From the NCBI GenBank assembly GCA_024226235.1, contig JAAELW010000238.1, positions 3,046-67,045 of the forward strand: DNA of 64,000 nucleotides, read 5' to 3'. A program made the translations under genes and the position numbers. Numbering within the stretch: position 1 is the stretch's first letter; every line of letters begins with the position of its first letter. Below are positions 33,015-43,291 of the stretch, piece after piece. Source of the stretch: a bacterium. GTDB lineage: Bacteria > Myxococcota_A > UBA9160 > UBA6930. Under the pieces are notes generated by a model. It searched no databases and was not told the origin of the DNA. It worked only from the letters and a program-made list of their open reading frames with translations.

Positions 33015-33832
33015 GACTCGACCCGTGCTCCCCAGGCCACCGCGTTGCGGAGCAGGCTTTGGTAGGCCTCACTCTCCCAGGAGCCGCGGAAGAGCAGTGG
33101 CGTCTTGCCTGCCGGGTCGACGCTCTCGTCGACGAAGGGTTGGCCGTTCGTTTCCGGGGAGTGGCAGTGTCCGAGTGCGATGTAGGTGACACCGCCGTTG
33201 CCGACTTCTCGGGTGTAACCGAGCGCTCGGGTCTGGCGGTCGGGAAAGAGCGAGGTGTCCTCGTCGTACGTGAAGCCGAAGCCCGGGGCGGGATCCTCCG
33301 GCAATTGGGTCGTCAGCAGGACCTGCGTGTGCTCGCGATCGAGAAGCTCGATGAAGTAGAGCTCATCGCTCACTTCGAACGAGGCGGGAAGGCCCTGCAC
33401 GAGCGGGTTCTCGACGTCTGCGACATCCACCTGGAAGCGGCGGATCGGGGGATGATTCAGGAAGAAGCTGCCAAGTGTGTCGTGGTGTGGAAGTCTCAGC
33501 ATGCGCCGCGCATGGGGTTGGCCTTCGATGCGTCCGGCTCGGCCGCCGCTCGTGCCGTGGAGCCCGAGCCAGCGTCCGCCTCCGGAAATCCACTCCTGGA
33601 CGACGCCATTCTGGTCCCCCTCCAGATGTGGGCCCGCGACGTAGCTCACGAGAAAGGTGCAGCCAGGCAGCCACCGCTCGATGTCGGTGAAGTCGTTCGA
33701 CACCGTGGTCAGTACGCCAGGGGTCTCCTCGAGCAAGCCCAGCAGACGACACCGCGCGTAGTCCATGTCATGGGCGGCCGTGGCTCCGGGCGGGAAGCCC
33801 CCCACGACCAGGTGAGTCCGGCAGATGCTCAT
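33011..33832 (-). CDS. ThuA-domain protein
   Basis: GGGRWLGLHGTSGG...FEVSDELYFIE...GNGGVTYIALGHCH are ThuA-like motifs. Confidence 0.72.
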   Translation of the reverse strand: MSICRTHLVVGGFPPGATAAHDMDYARCRLLGLLEETPGVLTTVSNDFTDIERWLPGCTFLVSYVAGPHLEGDQNGVVQEWISGGGRWLGLHGTSGGRAGRIEGQPHARRMLRLPHHDTLGSFFLNHPPIRRFQVDVADVENPLVQGLPASFEVSDELYFIELLDREHTQVLLTTQLPEDPAPGFGFTYDEDTSLFPDRQTRALGYTREVGNGGVTYIALGHCHSPETNGQPFVDESVDPAGKTPLLFRGSWESEAYQSLLRNAVAWGARVES

Positions 33833-33949
33833 GTCTCTACGCCTCCTTCAGCGGTTTCTGGCCGACCGATGATATTACAGAACTGGTTGAATGGTGTCGC
33901 ATTGCGTAATATCGAATGAATTAGCCCATCAGACCTCCACGAGGCTCAA

Positions 33950-34897
33950 ATGAACCAACCCATCCACACCTCGTCCAGCAAACAGCCGCACCAGCAGGCC
34001 AGGCCCGAGTCTCTCGGCGCTCGACGCCTCAGCATCGAGCCGCCGCCTCAGTACCCGGGCGCGATGGTGAACGTCACGAACCATTGCAACCTCGCATGCG
34101 CGCACTGCTTCGTCTTTCGCGACGGGAACCCGAATGAGTCGGAAGGCGAGATGCAACCCGATCGGATTCTCGCAGAGCTCGAACGCCTGCGCGACCGCCA
34201 CGGCATTCGCAGCATGATGTGGATGGGAGGCGAGCCGATGTTGCGCTGGCGCCTGGTCGAAAAAGGCCTCGCGCTGTTCCAGAAGAACACCATCACGACC
34301 AACGGCACCGTGGTATTCAAGGACTTCGGGCCCGAAGTCACCTACGTCGTCTCCCTGGACGGTCCGAAGGACATCAACGACCCGGTGCGCGGCGAAGGGG
34401 TCTTCGACCGCGTGATGAAGAACGTCGCTGCCCTCCCGGACGGCTTCCAGTCGACAGTGATGGCGCAGTGCGTGCTGCATCGCCAGAACCAGCACCGGCT
34501 CGAGGATCTCGTGCGCGAGCTACTCCCCACGAAGTTCCAGGGCCTGACGTTCAGCTTCTACGTACCCCGTGCAGGTGAGGTTTCACCGCGCGCTTGGGAT
34601 AGCGTCGAAGAGCGCGAGGCGGCGATCGACATCGTGTTCGACCTGAAGCGTCGCTACCCGGATTTCATCTGGAACTCGACCCGCAGCCTGGATCTGGCGC
34701 GTCCAGCTACCGCCAAGATCGTTACCGACCATTGTCCGATGCTGAAGACCATGCTCCCACTCTATATCGAAGGTGACGACTTCACCACGCCCTACTGTTG
34801 TTATGGCAACGACGTGGACTGCGACCGCTGCGGCTCCTGGGGCGTATTCGCGACCGCGGCAAGGATCGCTGGGCCCTGGGACTCACCCGGCACCTGA
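33950..34897 (+). CDS. Radical SAM protein with a Cys-rich C-terminus
   Basis: CxxxCxxC cluster motif NHCNLACAHCF. MGGEPML motif. C-terminal YCCYGNDVDCDRCGSWG may be an auxiliary cluster site. Confidence 0.8.
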   Translation: MNQPIHTSSSKQPHQQARPESLGARRLSIEPPPQYPGAMVNVTNHCNLACAHCFVFRDGNPNESEGEMQPDRILAELERLRDRHGIRSMMWMGGEPMLRWRLVEKGLALFQKNTITTNGTVVFKDFGPEVTYVVSLDGPKDINDPVRGEGVFDRVMKNVAALPDGFQSTVMAQCVLHRQNQHRLEDLVRELLPTKFQGLTFSFYVPRAGEVSPRAWDSVEEREAAIDIVFDLKRRYPDFIWNSTRSLDLARPATAKIVTDHCPMLKTMLPLYIEGDDFTTPYCCYGNDVDCDRCGSWGVFATAARIAGPWDSPGT

Positions 34898-35000
34898 GCC
34901 GGAGTGGAGCATCGGCTCCGACCCGCAGCCTTTGCGGCTCGGAGCTGGGGTAAAGACTGCAGTCCTTCCAAATTGAAAGGCCGGTCTGGTTCAGAGGCGC

Positions 35001-36866
35001 GTGCGACGCTCCGATAAATCCTCCATAGCATTGGAGGATGCGTTCGTGTCGTACGCAAAGATCGAAGATCATGGCATCGTCGGGAACCTGCGCACGAGCG
35101 CGCTGATCAGTCTCGACGGAACCATCGACTGGCTCTGTTTTCCCCGTTTCGATTCACCGAGTGTATTCGCGTCGATCCTGGATGACTCGAAAGGCGGCCA
35201 CTTCCGGGTCTCTCCCATCTCCTCTGGCGAAGTCACGCACAAGCAGTTCTATCTGCCCGAAACGAACGTGCTGATCACTCGCTTTCTTTCGGCGGATGGG
35301 GTCGGTCAGATCACGGATTTCATGCCTGTCGCAACGGATGGTGAGAAGGTCCCGTCGCTGGTCCGTCAGATCCACGCAGTCCGCGGGCGAGTGACCTTCG
35401 ATGTCGATTGCCAGCCCGCGTTCGACTACGCACGCACGGTTCACGAGACCCGGATCGAGAACGACGTAGCGTACTTCTCCACCGAAAAGCACGAACTGAT
35501 CCTGTCCACCAACGTGCCTCTCGAAATGCGAGGCAGCGGAGTGGGTGCTCGCCTCCAGCTTTCCGAGGGACAAACCTCGGTACTGACACTTGGCGATGGC
35601 GATACCGAGCAGATCTCCAGTGTGCAGGCGGATGTCCTGTTCCGCGACACGGTCGACTACTGGCGCCATTGGATCTCGGGATGCACGTATGCAGGGCGCT
35701 GGCGGGAGCAGGTGTATCGTTCTGCACTCACGCTCAAGCTGCTGACCTGCGAGGAGACGGGCGCGATCGTCGCTGCACCGACCTCGAGTCTGCCTGAAGA
35801 CATGGGGGGCGAACGGAACTGGGACTATCGCTACACCTGGATTCGAGATGCAGCCTTCACACTCTACGGCCTTCTCCGGATCGGTTTCACCGACGAAGCA
35901 GCGAAGTTCATGGAGTGGTTGGAAGGGCGCTGCCGTGAACTCGACGAAGACGGATCACTGGGGATCATGTACAGCCTGGATGGCCGAAGCGAGCTCACGG
36001 AAGAGACGCTCGAACACCTGGATGGCTATCGGGGTTCGCGGCCCGTCCGCGTGGGCAACGGCGCTCATGGACAGCTCCAACTGGACATCTATGGCGCGCT
36101 GATGGACTCGGTCTACCTGTTCAACAAATACGGCCGACCGATCTCCCACGACCTGTGGACGAAGCTTCGCGGCCTGGTCGACTGGGTGTGCGACAACTGG
36201 CAGCGCGAAGACGAAAGCATCTGGGAGGTCCGAGGCGGTCGCCGTCACTTCCTGTATTCGAAGCTGATGTGCTGGGTCGCGGTGGATCGCGCGCTCCGGT
36301 TGGCAGACAAGCGCTCCTTCCCTGCCGATCGGACACGGTGGCTGAAGGTTCGCGATGAAATCTACGAGCAGATCATGGAGCTCGGCTGGAACGAGGACAA
36401 ACAGGCATTCGTGCAGTCCTATGGGTCCGAGTCACTCGATGCTGCAGCGCTGATCATGCCGCTGGTATTCTTCCTTTCCCCGACCGATCCGAGGGCGTTG
36501 GCGACGCTGGACGCGATCAACCGAGCACCGAAGGATGGGGGCCTGGTCGAAGATGGCCTGGTTTATCGATACGACCCGGAGGTCACCGACGATGGCCTCT
36601 CCGGCGGAGAAGGCAGCTTCAACATGTGTAGCTTCTGGCTGGTCGAAGCGCTGACCCGAGCAGGTCAGGCCGATCCGAAGAGGCTCGAGGCGGCGCGGCT
36701 GACCTTCGAGCAGATGCTCGGCTACGCGAACCATCTGGGCCTGTACGCGGAAGAGACCGGCCCCCACGGTGAAGCGCTTGGCAACTTTCCGCAAGCATTC
36801 ACACATCTCGCGCTGATCAGTGCCGCGTTCAACCTCGATCGAGCACTCGGTACGCGAGCGGGCTGA
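35001..36866 (+). CDS. Glycoside hydrolase family 15 (glucoamylase/trehalase-like)
   Basis: [40 protein letters not shown]...[19 protein letters not shown]...[12 protein letters not shown]. The alternative start GTG 35046 lies after a local hairpin. Confidence 0.9.
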   Translation: MRRSDKSSIALEDAFVSYAKIEDHGIVGNLRTSALISLDGTIDWLCFPRFDSPSVFASILDDSKGGHFRVSPISSGEVTHKQFYLPETNVLITRFLSADGVGQITDFMPVATDGEKVPSLVRQIHAVRGRVTFDVDCQPAFDYARTVHETRIENDVAYFSTEKHELILSTNVPLEMRGSGVGARLQLSEGQTSVLTLGDGDTEQISSVQADVLFRDTVDYWRHWISGCTYAGRWREQVYRSALTLKLLTCEETGAIVAAPTSSLPEDMGGERNWDYRYTWIRDAAFTLYGLLRIGFTDEAAKFMEWLEGRCRELDEDGSLGIMYSLDGRSELTEETLEHLDGYRGSRPVRVGNGAHGQLQLDIYGALMDSVYLFNKYGRPISHDLWTKLRGLVDWVCDNWQREDESIWEVRGGRRHFLYSKLMCWVAVDRALRLADKRSFPADRTRWLKVRDEIYEQIMELGWNEDKQAFVQSYGSESLDAAALIMPLVFFLSPTDPRALATLDAINRAPKDGGLVEDGLVYRYDPEVTDDGLSGGEGSFNMCSFWLVEALTRAGQADPKRLEAARLTFEQMLGYANHLGLYAEETGPHGEALGNFPQAFTHLALISAAFNLDRALGTRAG

Positions 36867-36873
36867 GGGTCCG

Positions 36874-37848
36874 CTACAAGCGTGAGGCCATCCTCGCTGC
36901 TCCTAGCAGCGGCGTCAGCGGATCGAGTGCGATCGCGATCGGGATCTCCGACATCAGGTTCGAGAAGCGACCCTTGTCCAGGAATGCCTGCATGAAGGCG
37001 CCACTCGAAAGGAACGGCAGGATCTTCGGTGCGACACCGCCGCCGATATAGACACCGCCGATGGCCATGCACCGAAGTGCATGGTTGCCCGCCTCGGCTC
37101 CGTAGAGTGAGGCGAACAGCTCGAGGGTCTCCACACAGACCGGGTCCCGTTTGGCGAGCGCGGCATCGGCGATGGCAGCGCTCGCATCGCCCGCCGCGCG
37201 CGCAGCGCAGAGCCACTCCGGTGCGGACGTGTCACGGAACTCGATCAGGAAGTCGTGGATCGAAGCGATCCCAGGGCCGGAGATCACCCGTTCCACACTC
37301 ACTCGGCCCCCGAGTTTGGCCCGAAGGTGGTGGAGCAGCGCCACATCGCGCTCGGTCCGGGGAGCGAAGTCCGCATGTCCGCCCTCGGATGCGGTCGGAG
37401 TGTGCTTCTCTCCGTCGAAGAAGAGCATGGCCTCGCCAAGCCCCGTGCCGGCTGCGATCACGGCGGCATTCCCCCTTCGCACCCGTCCCTGTTGCAAGGA
37501 GTGAAGGGAAGCCTCCGGAAGTTCGAGCATTCCGAGGCCTGCGGCCTCGAGATCGTTCAGGAGTTTCACCCGGCAGCCGCCGAGCGCCAGCCCGAGAGCC
37601 TGCTCGTCGAGCTTCCACGGAAGGTTCGTCGTCTGCGCACAACCATCAATGATGGCCCCGGCTACACCGAAGCAGGCTGCGGTGATCTCCGTGGGGTATT
37701 CGGAGCGGAAGGCTTCGACGACCTCCTCGAAAGTGGGGTGCTCCTGGCTCGGGAAGATGGCCATCTCCCGCCTCTCCAGGCTTCCCTCATGAGTGTCGAA
37801 CAATGCAAGGACAGTCTTCGTGCCACCGATATCACCAGCGAGAATCAT
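36874..37848 (-). CDS. glk: Glucokinase
   Basis: MILAGDIGGTKTVLALFD...AACFGVAGAI...IGGGVAPKILP. Confidence 0.92.
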   Translation of the reverse strand: MILAGDIGGTKTVLALFDTHEGSLERREMAIFPSQEHPTFEEVVEAFRSEYPTEITAACFGVAGAIIDGCAQTTNLPWKLDEQALGLALGGCRVKLLNDLEAAGLGMLELPEASLHSLQQGRVRRGNAAVIAAGTGLGEAMLFFDGEKHTPTASEGGHADFAPRTERDVALLHHLRAKLGGRVSVERVISGPGIASIHDFLIEFRDTSAPEWLCAARAAGDASAAIADAALAKRDPVCVETLELFASLYGAEAGNHALRCMAIGGVYIGGGVAPKILPFLSSGAFMQAFLDKGRFSNLMSEIPIAIALDPLTPLLGAARMASRL

Positions 37849-38621
37849 GACGCCTCCAGTGCCTGCGGCAGCGCTGCAGCCGCGGCCTCGTCCACGAACC
37901 AGGTCAAGGCGCCGTCTCGAGGCACCACCGCCTGGGCCGGCAAATCCCGCGGTCTTCGCGGGCCCGCGAGCACTTCCGCCAACTTCGTTGCTTTGTCCGG
38001 CCCGGTCACCAGGAACAGCACTTCCCGCGCCCGCTGCAGGATCGGAAGCGTGAGCGTGATGCGCGGCACCAGACCTGCCGGATGGTTTGGGGCGACCCAG
38101 CGGTGAGTCTCCGCGAGTGCCGTGCTGCCCGGGAAGAGCGAGGCCGTGTGTCCATCAGTGCCCATTCCAAGCAGCACGAGATCGAAACGTGGTGGCTCGC
38201 CCATGGGGTCGGACCCGAAAACGCTCGCAATCTCGCGCTGGTAGTCTTCGCTTGCTGCAACGAGATCACTGGCTTCTCCGTGCATCCGATGGACCTGGGC
38301 CGATGTGGCATGGATCGGACCCAGCAGGCCGTCCTGGGCAAAGCGGTAATTGGAGTCGGCATGGTCGGGAGGCACGGCTCGTTCGTCTCCAAAGAAGAAA
38401 TCCACGTGTTCCCAGGAGACGAGCGGCTGCGACGCGCTGCCGAGAAGTGAATACAGGTGCCCGGGCGTCGATCCCCCAGAGAGCACCAGCCTGAAACGAC
38501 CGCGCTGCTCGATGGCCTTGGAGGCGACTTCGGTGAGGAACTCGGCGGCAGCAGAAGCGACGCCAGCCTGGTTCCGGAACCGCTCGATGTGGATTCCGCC
38601 CAAGGCCAGGTCCGGCTTCAC
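37845..38621 (-). CDS. pgl: 6-phosphogluconolactonase
   Basis: RFRLVLSGGSTPGHLY...VLLGMGTDGHTASLFPGS. The GTG start overlaps the zwf stop (GTGA). Confidence 0.9.
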   Translation of the reverse strand: MKPDLALGGIHIERFRNQAGVASAAAEFLTEVASKAIEQRGRFRLVLSGGSTPGHLYSLLGSASQPLVSWEHVDFFFGDERAVPPDHADSNYRFAQDGLLGPIHATSAQVHRMHGEASDLVAASEDYQREIASVFGSDPMGEPPRFDLVLLGMGTDGHTASLFPGSTALAETHRWVAPNHPAGLVPRITLTLPILQRAREVLFLVTGPDKATKLAEVLAGPRRPRDLPAQAVVPRDGALTWFVDEAAAAALPQALEAS

Positions 38622-40153
38622 GGCTGCCTCCAGCTCCGGTCGCGGGTGCCTCCGATCAGACGATCCGCCTCGATCGGACCCCAGCCGCCAGCATCGTATT
38701 CGGGAAGCCAACGGGCACCGCCGGCCGACCAGGCTTCGAAGATCGGATCGATGAAACGCCACGAAGCCTCGACAGCGTCGCGTCGCATGAAGAGCGTCGA
38801 ATCTCCGGCCATCACGTCGAGGAGCAGCCGCTCGTACGCCTCGGGGGACGGCTCCTGGAAGGAGTCTCCGTAGCCGAAGTCCATCTGGACGGGGCGCACC
38901 TTCACCTTCGGTCCGGGCAGCTTCGCCGAGATGCCGAATGCGAAACCCTCTTCGGGCTGCAGCCGCAGGGTCAACACATTGGGCGTCAGCAGATGCTCGG
39001 GGTCGCGGTTGAAGAGCGTATGCGGGACGTGCTTGAACTGGACGGCGACCTCACTCGTCCGCTTCGGGAGGTTCTTGCCTGTCCTGATGTAGAACGGAAC
39101 GCCGGCCCAGCGCCAGTTGTCGATGTAGACCCGCATCGCGACGTAGGTTTCGGTCGTCGAATCGTGTGCGACGCCAACTTCCTGCCTGTACCCAGGTACG
39201 GCAGTACCCTCGGACGAGAAGCCAGCGCCGTATTGAGCGCGAACCACCTCTCGCCCGACATCCTCGCCGCGAATCGGCCGGAGGCTCTTCAGTACGGCGA
39301 GCTTGTGGTCTCTCACGGCCTCAGGATCGAGGCTCCAGGGCGGTTCCATGGCTGTCATGCACAGGACCTGGAGGATGTGGTTCTGCACCATGTCGCGCAG
39401 TGCTCCGGCCTCTTCGTAGTACCCGGCCCGGGTTCCCACTCCCTCCGCCTCGGCGACGGTGATCTGCACGTGGTCGATGTACTTCTGATTCCACAACGGC
39501 TCGAGAATCGTATTCCCGAAGCGCATCACCAGGATGTTCTGAACGGTCTCCTTGCCCAGGTAGTGGTCGATGCGGAAGATCTGCCGCTCGTCGAAGGCCT
39601 GGGCAAGAGTCTCGTTCACGACCTCGGCACTCTGCAGGTCGTGGCCGATCGGCTTCTCCACGATGATCCGGGAGAAATTCACCGGATCTTCGGCGTCGGA
39701 AACCAGGCCTGCAGCGCGGAGCTGCTCGATGCAGGTTGCAAAGCGGCTCGGAGGGATCGACAGGTAGAAGATGCGGTTCGGCGGCAGGCCGGCTTCCAGC
39801 TCGACCTCCTCAATGCGGCGTCGCAGCTGAACATAGCTCTCCGGATCATCGAGTGAGCCGGAATGGTAGAAGAGCTTGGATTCGAACTCAGCCCAGTGGG
39901 TGCGTTCCGGCGCCTGGCGGGAGAACTTCTCGGTGCCCTCACGGGCGAATTGTCGGAAACCCTCGTCGCCGAGTTCCTTGCGGCCCGTACCGATCACTGC
40001 GATCTCGGACGGCAGCACGCCATCCATCGACAGATTGTAGAGAGCCGGGAGCAGCTTGCGTCCCGCGAGATCACCGCTTCCCCCGAAGATCACCAGGGTG
40101 CACGGCGAGGGCGCAGGATCCGCTCCGACGGACTGGAGCGGTTCCGTACTCAC
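38618..40153 (-). CDS. zwf: Glucose-6-phosphate dehydrogenase
   Basis: [20 protein letters not shown]...[15 protein letters not shown]. The GTG start overlaps the gnd stop (GTGA). Confidence 0.95.
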   Translation of the reverse strand: MSTEPLQSVGADPAPSPCTLVIFGGSGDLAGRKLLPALYNLSMDGVLPSEIAVIGTGRKELGDEGFRQFAREGTEKFSRQAPERTHWAEFESKLFYHSGSLDDPESYVQLRRRIEEVELEAGLPPNRIFYLSIPPSRFATCIEQLRAAGLVSDAEDPVNFSRIIVEKPIGHDLQSAEVVNETLAQAFDERQIFRIDHYLGKETVQNILVMRFGNTILEPLWNQKYIDHVQITVAEAEGVGTRAGYYEEAGALRDMVQNHILQVLCMTAMEPPWSLDPEAVRDHKLAVLKSLRPIRGEDVGREVVRAQYGAGFSSEGTAVPGYRQEVGVAHDSTTETYVAMRVYIDNWRWAGVPFYIRTGKNLPKRTSEVAVQFKHVPHTLFNRDPEHLLTPNVLTLRLQPEEGFAFGISAKLPGPKVKVRPVQMDFGYGDSFQEPSPEAYERLLLDVMAGDSTLFMRRDAVEASWRFIDPIFEAWSAGGARWLPEYDAGGWGPIEADRLIGGTRDRSWRQP

Positions 40154-41127
40154 GAACCGGTCTCCACGTGTCCGCCGAACTGCTTGCGCATGGCCGAGAG
40201 CACCTTCTCTGCAAAGGTGTGGTCCTGGCGCGAGCGGAAGCGGGCGTAGAGTGAGGCGGTGAGGACCTCGGCCGGCGTACCGGACTCCACCGCGGCCTGC
40301 ACCGTCCAGCGTCCTTCCCCCGAGTCCTGGACACTGCCTGAGAACTCTTCCAGGTCCGGGCTCGCCTGTAGTGCGATTGCGGTCAGGTCGAGCAACCACG
40401 AGCCCACGACACTTCCGCGACGCCACAGCTCGGTGATCTCGCCCAACTCGAGCGGGAATCGGAATTCGTCGGAAACCGTATCGCCGCCCTGGCAACGCAT
40501 GATGTCGAGACCCTCGGCATACGCCTGCATCAGGCCGTACTCGATTCCGTTGTGGACCATCTTCACGAAGTGTCCCGCCCCAGGCGGACCACAGCGCAGG
40601 TAACCCGCCTCCGCGGTTCCCTGCCCAGACGGCCGCCCCGGAGTGCGTTCGACGTCACCCTGGCCCGGCGCCAGCGCCTTGAAGATCGGGTCGAGGCGCT
40701 CCGCCACGGCGGGCTCCGCTCCGATCATCAGGCAGTAGCCACGTTCCAGGCCCCATACGCCGCCGCTGGTCCCGACATCCGCGTAGTGGATTCCGCTCTC
40801 GGCAAGGGTCGCGGCTCGGCGCACGTCGTCCTTGTACATCGAGTTTCCACCATCGATGATCGTGTCTCCGGATGCGACCAGCTCGGCCAGTTGCCCGACG
40901 GTCGTCTCGGTGGCCGGACCCGCGGGAACCATCACCCAGATCGCCCGCGGTGCCTCGAGCTTGTCGACCAGCGCCTGAAGGGAGCTCGCGCCTACCGCGC
41001 CTTCATCTTCAAGGCTTCCGACCGCTTCGGGGTCGAGATCGAAGACCACGCATTCGTGGCCGGCACGGATCAGACGCCGAACCATGTTCGCGCCCATCTT
41101 CCCAAGGCCTACCATTCCCAACTGCAT
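40150..41127 (-). CDS. gnd: 6-phosphogluconate dehydrogenase, decarboxylating (short, about 325-aa form)
   Basis: [19 protein letters not shown]...[12 protein letters not shown]...[32 protein letters not shown] lies before ATG 41127. Confidence 0.9.
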   Translation of the reverse strand: MQLGMVGLGKMGANMVRRLIRAGHECVVFDLDPEAVGSLEDEGAVGASSLQALVDKLEAPRAIWVMVPAGPATETTVGQLAELVASGDTIIDGGNSMYKDDVRRAATLAESGIHYADVGTSGGVWGLERGYCLMIGAEPAVAERLDPIFKALAPGQGDVERTPGRPSGQGTAEAGYLRCGPPGAGHFVKMVHNGIEYGLMQAYAEGLDIMRCQGGDTVSDEFRFPLELGEITELWRRGSVVGSWLLDLTAIALQASPDLEEFSGSVQDSGEGRWTVQAAVESGTPAEVLTASLYARFRSRQDHTFAEKVLSAMRKQFGGHVETGS

Positions 41128-41206
41128 GTTGTTTCCTCCTGTTCGATCGTTCGTGGCGATCCGAGTTCTTGATGGCCGGTCGACCGCAGATGGGCTGCGC
41201 TCTCCG

Positions 41207-43291
41207 TCAGCTACGTTCTCCGAACGGGTCATTGCCCTGCATCGCTTCGTGAGCGGCCTCGACGACGCGCTCCGTCGTGAAGCCGAACCGCTTCTGTAGC
41301 TCCGCCAACGGCGCGGAAGCGCCGAAGGTCTCCATCCCGATGCGAACACCGGTCGGCCCCACATAGCGTTCCCAGCCGAATACAGACGCCTGCTCGACGG
41401 AAACTCGCGCCTGCTGCTCCGGGGGCAGCACCTGGTTTCGGTAGGTCGCATCCTGGCGCTCGAAGAGTTCCCAGCACGGCATGCTCACCACCCGAGCAGA
41501 CACGCCCTCACTGTTCAGCTTCTCCCAGGCTTCGACGCAAAGCGAGAGCTCGGTCCCGGTGCCGATCAGGATCACGTCCGGATCCCCATCGGAGGCATCT
41601 GCAAGCACGTAGCCACCGCGAGCGAGGCCTGCTGCTGGTGCGTAGAGTTGCCTGTCCAGGGTCGGCATCGCCTGGCGCGAGAGCACCAGCACCGCCGGTT
41701 CGTGGCGAAGCTGCATGATCACCCGCCACGCCTCGGATACCTCGTTGGCGTCGCCTGGCCGGATCGTCAGCAAGCCGGGAATGGCACGCAACGAAGCGAT
41801 CTGCTCAATCGGTTGATGCGTCGGGCCGTCTTCGCCCACACCGATCGAATCGTGGGTGAACACGTGGATCACCGGAATTTCCATCAGTGCAGCGAGCCGC
41901 AGTGCCGGCCGGGCATAATCACTGAAGATCAGGAAGCCCGATCCGAAGGGGCGCAACTTCGCTAGGGACAAGCCGTTCATGAACGAGGCCATGGAGTGTT
42001 CGCGCACTCCAAAGTGGAAGTTCCGGCCCGCGGGTTCTTCGGCCGAGAAATCCCCAGCTCCGTCGAAAACCAGGCTCGTCTTCGTCGAGGGGCTGAGATC
42101 TGCGGAGCCTCCGAGCAGCCAGGGCACGTTCTCCGCAACCGCATTCAAGACCTTGCCTGAAGCCTCGCGGCCGGCCAAGCCCTTGGGGTCTGTGGGAAAA
42201 ACCGGGAGATCGGCATCCCATGCCTCCGGAAGCTGTCGGTGCTGCATCCGGTAGAGCTCATCAGCGCGCGCGGGATGCTCTTCGCGATAGCGTTCGAAAT
42301 CCGCCATCCAGGCTTCGCGGAGTTCGTGGCCGCGACGGCCGATGCCTTCGGCGAAGTGCTCCTGCACGCCCTCGGGCACATGGAATGCCTCATCCTCGGG
42401 CCACCCGTAGGCGCGCTTCGTGAGGCGGACCTCCTCCTCTCCGAGCGGTTCACCGTGAGCGCTGGGCGTGCCTTCCTTGTGCGGCGAGCCCCAACCGATA
42501 TGACTCTCGACGATCAGCAGCGTGGGCCGATCCTCGGTCGCGCGGAAGGTCTCCAGTGCTGCGGTGGTCGCGTCGAGATCGTTGGCGTCCTCAACGCGCA
42601 GCGTGTTCCAACCGTAGGCCTGGAAACGTGCGGCCACGTCCTCAGTGAAGGCCAGATCCGTACTGCCCTCGATGGTGATCTGGTTGCTGTCGTAGATCCA
42701 GCACAGATTCGACAGGCGGAGATGGCCCGCCAAGGAGGCTGCTTCCGCGGAAACCCCTTCCATCAAACAGCCATCACCGCAGATCGCATACACATCGTAG
42801 TCGAACAGGTTGTGGCCCGGCCGATTGAATTGTGCGGCCTGCGCGCGTTGGCCCGTGGCGATTCCGACGCTGGTCGCGACACCCTGGCCGAGGGGACCCG
42901 TGGTCATCTCGACACCCGAGGTCCAGCGGTATTCGGGATGCCCGGGGCAACGGCTATCGAGCTGCCGGAAGCGTCGGATGTCGTCCAGCGAGACCGCCGG
43001 CGAACCCAGCGTTTCGTACTTCGTGTTGACGGCTTTCACACGACTGAGATGGAGCATCGAGTACAACAACATCGAGGCATGTCCCGCCGAGAGCACGAAT
43101 CGATCCCGGTTGGGCCAGATGGGATCCTGGGGATCGAACCGCAAGAAACGCTGCCAGAGGCAATACACCACCGGCGCCAGTGCCATCGCCGTACCCGGAT
43201 GTCCCGAGTTGGCGGCCTGGACCGCATCGATGGAAAGGGTGCGAATCGTGTCGATCGCGCTGGTTTCAATTTCGTTGGGCGGCATGCTCAT
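41207..43291 (-). CDS. tkt: Transketolase
   Basis: [20 protein letters not shown]...[12 protein letters not shown]...[16 protein letters not shown]. Confidence 0.96.
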   Translation of the reverse strand: MSMPPNEIETSAIDTIRTLSIDAVQAANSGHPGTAMALAPVVYCLWQRFLRFDPQDPIWPNRDRFVLSAGHASMLLYSMLHLSRVKAVNTKYETLGSPAVSLDDIRRFRQLDSRCPGHPEYRWTSGVEMTTGPLGQGVATSVGIATGQRAQAAQFNRPGHNLFDYDVYAICGDGCLMEGVSAEAASLAGHLRLSNLCWIYDSNQITIEGSTDLAFTEDVAARFQAYGWNTLRVEDANDLDATTAALETFRATEDRPTLLIVESHIGWGSPHKEGTPSAHGEPLGEEEVRLTKRAYGWPEDEAFHVPEGVQEHFAEGIGRRGHELREAWMADFERYREEHPARADELYRMQHRQLPEAWDADLPVFPTDPKGLAGREASGKVLNAVAENVPWLLGGSADLSPSTKTSLVFDGAGDFSAEEPAGRNFHFGVREHSMASFMNGLSLAKLRPFGSGFLIFSDYARPALRLAALMEIPVIHVFTHDSIGVGEDGPTHQPIEQIASLRAIPGLLTIRPGDANEVSEAWRVIMQLRHEPAVLVLSRQAMPTLDRQLYAPAAGLARGGYVLADASDGDPDVILIGTGTELSLCVEAWEKLNSEGVSARVVSMPCWELFERQDATYRNQVLPPEQQARVSVEQASVFGWERYVGPTGVRIGMETFGASAPLAELQKRFGFTTERVVEAAHEAMQGNDPFGERS

